A stretch of DNA of 64,000 nt, taken from contig NW_024704743.1 in the NCBI RefSeq assembly GCF_018977255.1, positions 8,310,001-8,374,000 on the forward strand, given 5' to 3'. Each line of letters starts with the position of its first letter. Position 1 is the first letter of the stretch. Both the position numbers and the translations under genes were made by a program. This DNA is from Callorhinchus milii (taxonomy: Eukaryota). The notes beneath the pieces are model-generated. The model searched no databases. It was given only the letters and a program-made list of their open reading frames with translations, and was not told where the DNA came from. Below are positions 53,308 through 64,000 of this stretch, in pieces.

Positions 53308-53819
53308 CTAATTTAGGAGGGAGAGGGAAAAGAAAGAAGAAAACGATTCACATCCACTAAGTGTTTCAGCAATAAATTTCTGAGCAAAAGAGTCAAGAGA
53401 ATGCCCCCCACCACCTGGAATCAGCGGTTTTGCTATTCACCCAAAGGTAGTTGAAGCAACGCTGTTCAATGAGACATCTGAAAGTAGTTCTTCAGGTTCC
53501 AACAGAAGAAAACTTTCTTGCTTAGCCCTTTAATAGAAGCCTAGTACTGCAGAACCACTGCTGTATTGCAAGCTTAGTAACTGAAGCTGCAAGGCAGATT
53601 GGGTTGAATTACATTTACACAATGAATATGAAGTAATTTTCATAATTTAACCATCACCAACAAGAGAATCATGAGAATAGCCGCCAGTGATTATGTGCTG
53701 ATCAAGTGTGAAAAATGTGCAGATTATGTCTATCAAATAAAAACTTTAATTTTTTAAGGTTATTACGATACAGATATTAGAATTTGGGACAATAAAACAT
53801 TTAGTAACTTTTAATAACT

Positions 53820-54340
53820 GTCATTTATCTAGCGCTCCTCATGCAGGGTAGCGTCCCAGAGCGCTTGATAGTGTCAGAGTACGATGCCGAGCCGGGGGAG
53901 CGGAAGGTGACACTAGGGACAGTCGAATAGGAAGGTCTTCAGGCTCGACCTTAAGATGGGGAAGGAAGGGCCAAAGCAGAGGGATAGAGGAAGAACATTC
54001 CAGAGTTTCGGGCCCTAATGGCTGAAACCGCCACCACCAAGGGTGGAACGGAGGACACAAGGGACATGAGAAGGCCGGAGCTAGTCGAGCGGAGGCAGCA
54101 GGTTGTGGGATGAGCAGGCAGGAGAGGTAGGGAGATGCCAGGGGGTGAAGGGATTTGAAAATGAGTGTGAGGATCTTGAAATCGATCCGTTCGGCGATAT
54201 GGAGCCGGTGGAGCCTGACTAGAACTGGTGTGATGGGGGGACGGAGTTTAGTACGGGTGAGTACACGGGCGACAGAGTTTTTGATCAGCTGGATCCTACG
54301 CATGATGGAGCTGGGGAGACCGGCAAAGAGGGCGTTTGAG
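53820..54340 (-). mobile_element. L2 3' fragment (different subfamily)
   Basis: ORF 53839..54303 carries NSVARVLTRTK..PITPVL..LH..ERIDFKIL. Confidence 0.85.
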
Positions 54341-54886
54341 GGGATTCAAGAAATTTAACATTATAAAAATACAAAATATGTGAAAGATAAATGCCAGTGA
54401 GTGCAAACACAGAACATTTGCATACACAAGAGTTCATGCATCCAAACAGGCAAATTCTAACAGCAATGGCAAGATTGGGAAGTTAAGAACAACAGAAATT
54501 AGCTGTTCTGCCAACCCACTCCACCACAAACTCTGCCTTCACTGAAATATTTTCTCAAACATTACCAGACAAGATAAATACTGAAAAAACCTCCTTATAT
54601 GAAAGAGGTTGAAGTTGATTAGACCCATGATCTGGAATCTGCATTATGCAGATGGAGACCAGTAAGGATTATTTTGTAAAATAGTGGATTTGTGTAACTC
54701 ACAAATAGTAGTGTTTGTCTTAATTATGCTGCAAGGAACAATCACAACTGGACTGTCATAATTGCTTTCCAGTGACCCAGTTAGCACAGCTCAGAGAGAA
54801 TCCATAGTGGCATACAGCAGCAAGTGTACAAATAAATAAGGAACTTGGCAGTTTTCTGATTCTTTGCTTTGAGCAAGGTAGCAAAA

Positions 54887-55206
54887 GTAATAATACTTAC
54901 ATTTGATATCACGTCTTCTAGACGTCTCAAAGCGCTTCAGAATAAACTGTTTTGTGGGTGAAATGCAGCAGCCAATTGCTCACAGCAGTGTCCCACAAAC
55001 AGTCGTGGATTAAGTGATCAATTTTTTTTAAAAAGGGATTATTACCCTGGGAAAAGTGCCAATCGACTAACAACCGAGTTCCTAGTTACTGCTGGGTAAA
55101 CAGATGTGTGTGAAGGAAACATTCCTAAATTTTGCACTGCCAGGAATCAAACCCAGGTCTTCTTGCTTGCAAGGCAAGTGCTGTAACCACTAAACTACAG
55201 GTCTCC
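54887..55206 (-). mobile_element. Diverged full-length SINE
   Basis: Family match. Confidence 0.85.
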
Positions 55207-56348
55207 AAGATAACATTAGTTACTACCATAATACTCAGTTTAGTAATTCCTAAACAGACAATTAAAAAGTCCCAAAACACTGTTTTAGCCACACAGGACT
55301 TCAACTTTAGACTGCGTGCTTCCTTGAAACTGAACAAAGATTTGGGAAATGCTTTAAATCTAGTTACAATAAATGAGCTGGAATAATGGTACTAGACATA
55401 ATCTAACCATGGAGAAATGAAATCCCAGTCATTAAGGACTTTTAAAGCGTTAGACACTTCGGTTGGTGCAGTTGCCGTCAACTTATCCAGCATTGTGCCA
55501 AACACACAAAATGCATTATAAATGCAACTGACTGCATAATGTAGTCTGATCTCATCCTTCCAGAATACCCAACTACACCCCTAACAGCATAATGCTGCTT
55601 TTTAAATAAGAGTCCAGTGCTTTGGCCTGCACCATCCCTAGCACAACATAATGCAATCAGTTTGTTTTCATGGAGTTTAAAGTACTCTTTAGTGCTCAAA
55701 ATGTGTTTCAGGATGCACAAGCATTAGTTCAGACTTCACATTCATAACAGATTACATAAACCACAGATGCTTGAATTTTGTACATGTAATGAACTAGAAG
55801 CTAGTTGCAGTAAGCATGTGTCAGTAGGTTTTTACTGGTTGAAACCAAACATTCTCGTCAGTGGTTCTAAGTAAATTTACTGATCTTAGTCGAGCAGACA
55901 AATGCCAGTTTAAAACAATCCCACCCTTACTTCTTCTCCTCCAATTTTTTGCTCTCTCTCCAAAGGGAGTTTTGATTTTTTTTTCTTTTCATGGGGAAAA
56001 GACACGATACAAATGTAAATTATATAATATTGTATAGGTTTCCACAAGCAACATTTGCCCTCAGATACCTTGTTTCAGTGGCGATTATTCATGTGTGCAC
56101 CTTTTCTAAGTTTTCACAACTAATTCCAATCCTGCATCGTATAACATCCACAAATTTGGTTGGTCGACCAAAAAGACTGACAACCACTGAACCAGATCAT
56201 TGAAGGGGTCCATCCATATTTTTAAGGTTGTCTTAGTTTATTAAAAGTGTTATGAATCAATGTGCTTCATCATGTTTATGGATAATACCAGCACATGTAA
56301 TATGATCATCCTGAAAAAGACATGGTCACTGTTCAATTTCTTGCTTAC

Positions 56349-56420
56349 CTTTTTAACTCTGGTTGCTAGGTCTTGAACAAAAAGTTTCCGCAGGTTATGT
56401 AATGTCTGCAGTTCTTTTGC
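56349..56420 (-). CDS. KIF5B: KIF5B coding exon ([24 protein letters not shown]), 72 nt
   Basis: Highly conserved kinesin-1 peptide; TAG acceptor, GTAAG donor. Confidence 0.95.
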
Positions 56421-56531
56421 CTAAAAGTGTGAAAACAAGCGAGAACACATCAATAAATCATTGCAGAAATGTATAGATCTCACGTGGCAATTTTAAAGTA
56501 GAATCAATTCAACTTCAAAACTGCAACGTAC

Positions 56532-56592
56532 CACAGTTTCTTCCAGTCCTTTGAGATCCTGCCGAGCTTGTTCTCGCCTATCCTGCATAATC
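56532..56592 (-). CDS. KIF5B: KIF5B coding exon (IMQDRREQARQDLKGLEETV), 61 nt, light-chain binding region
   Basis: Manual translation; TAG acceptor, GTACG donor; phase 2/0. Confidence 0.93.
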
Positions 56593-57912
56593 CTAAATAA
56601 ATAAAAAAGTTTATTTAGAATACATTTATACAAGCAATGTACCATTGGTAATGCCACTGGAATGGAACACATTTAACTGTTTCAATTTAACATCCTTTTT
56701 AAAAAAAATCAAATCTGCTGAGCTTGATGTACAGGGAGAATAATCAATGCAACCCAGGCACTATTATTAGATAGAATTTAGTGGTATTTCAATTGAAAGG
56801 AAAACTTTTCAAGGTGGCCTGCACATCACAAGCTATCCTATTAAGATCCTCCCAACACTCTGAAGGCAGATGCCTATCGGATAGTTGTCAAGAACTTGAC
56901 AGCTGCTGGAAAGTGTTACCTGGAGTATGAGTATGTGTACGCATGTTCGTATACACAATGCCTGGAATCCTCCTTGATAAGTCTTCAGAGGTAAGCAGCT
57001 GCTGCTCCAGCTCCACCCGGTGGAACCATCGCTCAATGGGAAGGAATTGTGTGTCCGAGCTACAGACAGGAACATGGTGACAATGCTCTCATGCATTTTA
57101 TACTGAGCTGTGATGCCCACCTGGGAGCTCGTATGGAGTTCCTGGTATCTGCCTGCCACCTACTGAGGGCTCAAACGCACACTTGATAGATGTTAAATGA
57201 TCAACTGGTAACTCTCCTGGGGGCAGGGATGGGGGGGATGAGTAGGGTCTCCTACGAGCTGAACTAGTTCCAAGGTTACACATTTGGCAAAAGAATGTCA
57301 GAATTGAGCCAGCCCTCTGTGCCAGTCTTGATGGTCCAAGTCCTGAACCAGGCAGGTCCACAGTACTCTAGGGCACGACTGATGACAGCCATTGGCAAAC
57401 TTGGAAGGGCAGACCAGTCACTGGGATTTTTCTCACTTGGTCCTATTATCCCTGAAAGCCAAAGTCCTAACAGGTAGGGTGTTCCTAGCTGAACAAGCAG
57501 CAGAAAAGCTTGCCAGACAGTGATAACAATAGCAAGCTATGTAGTTTTAGCTGGTTAGACTCCAGCAGTACCACAATGTATACTTTAGGTCCCTAAACCT
57601 TTGCTCTGAACCAACCTGTGCCTAATGCACTTCGGGATTAGGTAAGCAGGATGTATCCCTCCAGGGAGAGAGGGCACAATCCATTCCAATAAATATCTCA
57701 GGTAATTCCATGCATAGGTAGGATGCATGGAACTCAGGTTTGGTTTGAACTCGCTTTACTCTTAAACATGGTGATGGGTTTCCACATACATCAAACACTT
57801 AGTTGACCCTAGAAAAAGGTAAGCTTTTTTCCAATGTGTTAAATCTTGAATGCAGTACCAATTGTTTAGCTGTAATAGAAATCAAATGGCCCCAGCGTTG
57901 CCTTTTACTTAC

Positions 57913-58014
57913 GTAAGCTCATGTAATTTGCGGCTTTTCTCCTGGTCCACAGACTTGAGTTTTTCATGCTCTAAATGGAGACGTTCCTGCTCCAACATCA
58001 TCTTTTGATTTTGG
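57913..58014 (-). CDS. KIF5B: KIF5B coding exon ([12 protein letters not shown]...KSRKLHEL), 102 nt
   Basis: Manual translation; CAG acceptor, GTAAG donor; phase 2/2. Confidence 0.93.
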
Positions 58015-58349
58015 CTGTTACAAGACATGAAAATAAAGTGATCAATAGGGTACCAATTATTAGAAGCCATAACCAGCATATTTTGGCCATAGCAAAGTAG
58101 TAACCGCTACATTGGGGGAATTAATCCAGAGCAGCTTTGTTATAATGCAGTGTTTAGAATCCATGCAATCCTAACCTATGTTACACTCAGGTGGGCTGAT
58201 GAGCTTCAGTGTCTACATGCAAGGAGTTAGCTGGCTAGTTACCATTTTGAAAGAAATGGGAACTGGCCAACGTATGGGTCACCTCAACCTCACTTCCAGT
58301 TTTGTGCACATGAGCAAAGCTGGAGGTGATGTCGCTGGTGACCGAGTGA

Positions 58350-58630
58350 CCTGGAAGTTATGTCGAAGATGCCGTCCTTTGGGTGAGACATTAAACCGAG
58401 GTCCCTTCTGCCTGTTCAGGTGGACGTTAAAGATCCCATGACACTATTTGAAAAGAGAAGGGAGTTTCTCTCGGTGTCCTGGCTAACAATCCCCCAAATA
58501 AAAGTGGTCACTCATACCAAGACTGTATGTTTCGCTCACAAAATACAGTCAATCCACTTTACAGTATATGCTGTGAAGCGTTTTGAGAAGTCTTGACTAC
58601 GTGAAAAGGGCAATATCAAATGCAAGGATG
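58350..58630 (+). mobile_element. Deu-domain SINE (AmnSINE1/SacSINE1-like core) with a tail like that of the dominant SINE
   Basis: tgccgtcctttgggtgagacattaaaccgaggtc...aaagatcccatgacactattt...ggtgtcctggc matches my recollection of the Deu domain. Confidence 0.7.
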
Positions 58631-59065
58631 TTTTAAAAACAAATACAGGAAGCTAAAGTGGCTAACCTCTGGTCATTAGGTTACCAGCATATTCTGCTCT
58701 GTACATGTGCAACACAATGGAAAGTGAGTTTGACCTAATGAACTGGAAGTTGATTATTTTAGTGCAAAAAGCCAACAGCAAAGAAGTAGGCTGGCTGCAC
58801 ACACGTGCACTGGGGTCTTCAGTCCAACTGTGTTTTAAACAAATTTGTGCTTTTGTTATAATGGATTTGTTATAATGGAGCTTCAAAATATCCATCAAAC
58901 TTAGGTATGTGGGACACTGCTGTGCGGAATTGTTTCGCCCACAAAATTCAGTTAATTCACTTTACGGTATATTCTGTGAAGCACTTTGAAATGTCAACGA
59001 CATAAGGCGCTACGTCAAATGCAAGGATTATTAATACTGATCTTAAAAATCACTACAACACATAC

Positions 59066-59175
59066 TCTTGGAGATCTGTAATGACTTTTTCTTTCTTCTC
59101 AATTTCATCTCTCAGGTTGCTGATCTGTTTCTGGTGGGCTTCACGGTGACTCTGCATTTGCTGCTCCACAGCTTG
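59066..59175 (-). CDS. KIF5B: KIF5B coding exon ([24 protein letters not shown]...TDLQ), 110 nt
   Basis: Manual translation; CAG acceptor, GTATG donor; phase 0/2. Confidence 0.93.
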
Positions 59176-59377
59176 CTGCAGGTAGCAATGAACAGCATAA
59201 AATACTTTCATGCAGTAAATTTACACACCAACTTGGTTAAAATGTCTTGAATAATCTCGCCAGAAAAGTACTGCATCATAATCAGATGTGTAGCAAATGA
59301 CATTTTTCGAAATCAGAATAAGATTTCACAAGAAGAATTTGGTGAGCTAGAAATTTCCAGCAGTAAAAATGACATAC

Positions 59378-59439
59378 CTTCACTTCGTTTGCATTTTCTA
59401 CTTTGTTCAAGTGCTCCTTCTCCATTTCATGTACTTTCT
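59378..59439 (-). CDS. KIF5B: KIF5B coding exon ((E)KVHEMEKEHLNKVENANEVK), 62 nt
   Basis: Manual translation; CAG acceptor, GTATG donor; phase 1/0. Confidence 0.93.
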
Positions 59440-59539
59440 CTGCAAATCCGTAAGAAATTTGTTATCTATTTATACAAAACAGATTTACATCTATATCGTG
59501 CATTTCATATGGAAGGATATCCCAAAATGCTCAATAATA

Positions 59540-59850
59540 AATCATAGAATTATACAGAACAGAAGGAGGCCATTCGGCCCATCATGTCTGTGCCAACTCT
59601 TTGAAAAGAGCTATCCAATTCAATCCCACTCCCCCGCTCTCTCCCCAAAGCCCTGCAAACTTGTCCTCCCCAAATAATTATCTACTTCTCTCTTAAAAGT
59701 TGTTATCGAATCAGTTTCCACCACCCTTTCAGGCAATGCATTCCAGTTCCGAACAACTCACTGTGTGAAAAAAATTCTCTCTCCTCTATTTCTTTTAACA
59801 ACTATTTTAAGTCGGTGTCCTCGGGTTACCGACCCATTCCCAGTGGAAAT
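59540..59850 (-). mobile_element. CR1 3' end
   Basis: Similar to 27085-27420. Confidence 0.8.
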
Positions 59851-60478
59851 GACTTAGCACTCAAGGAGTTGAGGGGGTGGGCAGGGGGAAAGATGACTGA
59901 AAATGGTCAATTAGGTCTCGAGACAGACCTTGAACAAGGTTAGGGAGTGAGCGAGTTGGAGGAACTCGGCATTGGAGTTTCTGAGAGTGTGGACAGATGG
60001 TGAGGCATGGGACATGAAGTGCTCTGAGACGCTGCCCTGTATGAAGGGCGCTATGCAAGCGCAAGTTTTATTTAAGCATGCTGGTGTGCCCTGACCGAAG
60101 GGATGCAGCTAGGTGGGTAGGGTTTAAGGAGGTTGTAGAGGTAATGTGAGGCAAGACTATGGAGGGATTTAAAGATGAGATAAACATTTCATATACATTC
60201 ATATGGAAATCAACAGATTTGCACATTTAACTTAATATCTTCATTTTGGGTACCAGATTCTGATTACGTTGACAAGAATGATCAGGGAATTCTTAACATG
60301 TGGTATTATACCTAATAAAGTTGGGAAGCAAAATTATGCAGAAAAATAATTTGTGCTTTGATTGACAATCCGAAAATTATCTTGCAGGATTTTGTTTTCA
60401 TGAGAAAATACAGGAGGAATTCAGCATCCTGCACATATTACACATTGCTTTACTAACAGAAGGCAAATCACACAATAC

Positions 60479-60596
60479 CTTGTGCCTGAAGTTTTACTAA
60501 CTCTTCATTGAGTGAATCGACATTCTCCTCCAGATGTCTCTTTTTCTGCTCCACATTCTGCAGATATTCTGTGAGAGACTTGATCTTTGCCTCATG
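60479..60596 (-). CDS. KIF5B: KIF5B coding exon ([20 protein letters not shown]...KLQAQ), 118 nt
   Basis: Manual translation; TAG acceptor, GTA donor; phase 0/1 joins the next exon. Confidence 0.95.
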
Positions 60597-61176
60597 CTAG
60601 GATCATTAATAAAAGAAAAATAAGTAACGCAAAGCACACATTCCCAGACACGTGAATTTCTGTGTGGAAATGGCACCATAGAAAAAGTACCAGAAAAGGT
60701 CCACCGTATCTACGCTGGCTCTTTTAACAGCAAATCCACTTGGTCCCATTTACCTGCCCCTTTCCCGCATCCCTGTAGTTGGGATATCTATATCTTAAAT
60801 TGATGCCCTCTAGTCATTTAATCTATGAGGTGGGGAAGGCGTCACCAAGGTGAGGCAGGTTTTCTGTGAGAGCTAGGATTCCAATGTTGTAGTCCAGAGT
60901 GAGGTCACAGACGGTGTGGGTTTTGTTGGCGAGAGAGTGTTTTGGAGGCGATGACTGAAGGGTAGAGGCAGCAGTGGAGTCTGAAGAACAAGGGGAGGAT
61001 TGGCAGGAAGGCTGGGGATGTGTAGGAGTGAAAAGAGAGTCACTTGAAAAGTTAATTTCTAAGCCCTATTGTAATCCAATGCAAAGGTCTTTTATTCTAA
61101 TTATTGCTCTAGTTGGATAAGCATTGCAGGAGTGAGGCTCAGCGACAACGAATGCTTTTCCTCGACATCCCTTTCA

Positions 61177-61416
<240 letters not shown>

Positions 61417-61944
61417 TTAAATAACTGGTTAAAATGCCAGCACAAAATTCTCTCACTACACCAAGCCACTTCATGAATATTACTGATCTACTTCCCAAGG
61501 TGTTTTCATAGGAATAGGAGTAGAACGTACAGTCCCATGAGCTTGTTCAGTGAGTTCATTAGATTGCAAATCTTTCAATTATATTTCCTCACCTTTTCTC
61601 CATACTCCTTAATACCATTACCTCTAGAGTATTTATCCATACCCTTTTTATTATTATTAATAATATATTTTAAACATCTTAATTGAAGTGGAGTGACTAT
61701 ATTTGTACACAATAGTGAGTACAGAGCAAATATTTAGGGTGAAAACAGAATTATTGTGATGGCAGTCAATGTAGAGTTTGAACAAGCTTAACATTCTTCA
61801 GTGGAAGCTTAAGCTACAACAGGTATAACTCAACAAAGTAGTTGATTCTGGGTCCAAAATATCAACCACCCGCGACAAAGCTGGAGTTTCACAATCTGTA
61901 CAAGACATAACAAATTGGTTTTGCAGGTTTGGTTGTTAAAAATT

Positions 61945-62350
61945 GTAATAATCCTTTCATGGGATATAATGGCTTTCACAGTGGTAGGATGTCTCAAAGT
62001 ACTTCACAGGATATCCTGTAAATTTGTAGGTGAATACTAAATTTGTAGTATTTTGTAGGCGAGGCCGGCAGCCAGTTTGCATACAGCTATGCATCACAAA
62101 CAGCCATGGAGTGAATGACCAATTTTATTTGGGAGATTGTTGGCCAAGACACCTCTGTTCTTTGAGTAGTGCCATGGGATCTTTAACGTCCATCTGAACA
62201 GGCAGATGGACCTTGGTTTAATGGCTCATCCGAAGAACAGCACCTCCCAACAATGCAGCACATCCAACACTGCAATGGAGTACCAGCTTAGACTTGGGAG
62301 TTCAAAGTTCTGACGTTGAGCTTGAACCCACAAGCTTTTGACTCAAGGTA
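61945..62350 (-). mobile_element. Near full-length Deu-domain SINE
   Basis: gccatgggatctttaacgtccatctgaacaggcag...gtttaatggctcatccgaag; tRNA-like head; ATT-type tail. Confidence 0.7.
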
Positions 62351-62371
62351 CAGTAGTATTATGAGGAGCTA

Positions 62372-62638
<267 letters not shown>

Positions 62639-62848
62639 TCAGAGATCAAACTGCTAAAAATAAAAGTAGGATACTGGCCCAGAGGGAAAAAAAATCAATT
62701 TGTTTGACTGAAGAATTCTTGATTATTTAGTCTTCAAGTTTGTTCTTATTAGAATAATTGAGCACCTTTATAAAATGTACACTTTTTAAAAAAAATTACT
62801 AGAGACAATTGTTGACAGGGAACACAATTTGAATAGCAGTGCAATTCA

Positions 62849-63235
<387 letters not shown>

Positions 63236-63745
63236 CTAAGGCAGAGAAACTGAGAAGGACAAGACAGACAGAGCCTTGGTCACCTGTAACTTTGACCAGA
63301 GCTGACTCTGTGTTGTGGGCAGCATCGAAGCCAGATTGGAAGGGGTTTATAGAGGGAGTGCCAGGAGAGGAAAGCAATGATTTACTAAGCGCCTTGGGAT
63401 GTCCTTCTGACATGAAGGACACTACATAAGTGTAAATTTGTGTTGTATTTTGTTCATTTAGATCAATTTCTATTAAATCAAGCTAAGAAACACCAAGAGT
63501 ATTTTTTATCATAAGCAAAATATGAAAAATGAATAAATTGCAACCAAGCCCACTTCAGTCATTTTATTCTCTTCAGAAATAATAAAAAGATGGTGGTCTT
63601 TATTCTATTTCTCAGGAAAGCAATCTAGCACAGCAAGCAAACACATTGGTACGCTCCTTGGTAAAGACCAGTATGGAGTCATTGAGACGAGGAAGTGTCC
63701 AGGTTCAACCCCTGGTCTACGGTAAATTCTGAGTTTTCAGATTTC

Positions 63746-64000
63746 AATAATAATAATAATAATCCTTGCATTTGATATAGCGCTTTTCACGTCGGGAGGA
63801 CGTCCCAAAGCGCTTCACAGAACACACTGTAAAGTGAATTGACTGTATATTTGTGGGCGAACGCGGCAGCCAATTGCGCACAGCAATGTCCCACAAACAG
63901 TCGTGGATTGAAAATGACCAATTTATTATTGTTTTTGGTTTTGGAGGGATTATTATTAGGCTCTGTGTGGAGTAAGGAAACTTGCCCAAGGTTTCGCCCC
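63746..64000 (-). mobile_element. Young SINE running off the window edge
   Basis: Family match with CpGs intact. Confidence 0.9.

Overview
Vertebrate genomic DNA. The repeat content (a dominant tRNA-derived SINE with an L2 partner, CR1, Deu-domain SINEs) suggests a cartilaginous fish, possibly a chimaera; this is inference. Two genes lie on the minus strand in the same order as in human. The 3' half of KIF5B (kinesin-1 heavy chain) has 12 internal coding exons at 50.7-63.1 kb and a terminal exon with a ~2.9 kb 3'UTR at ~40.2-43.1 kb. Downstream is the large first coding (SH3) exon of ARHGAP12 at 16.9-17.6 kb. Most other ORF-track entries are repeat fragments or noise. Main finding: the last KIF5B intron holds two frame-compatible candidate cassette exons of 68 and 28 nt (96 nt together). 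The 28-nt exon encodes (G)DVRDVNDN(R/S) and matches, in length, phases and sequence, what I recall of exon 27 of neuronal KIF5A, the exon skipped in ALS. This KIF5B may therefore retain an ancestral, alternatively spliced KIF5A-like tail. Also noted: an Academ/XPG-type DNA transposon relic, a very young SINE subfamily sharing a covarying 3' stem-loop with L2, C/G-rich arrays flanking the ARHGAP12 exon, a uORF and several tandem splice sites. All homology calls are from memory; no searches were run.
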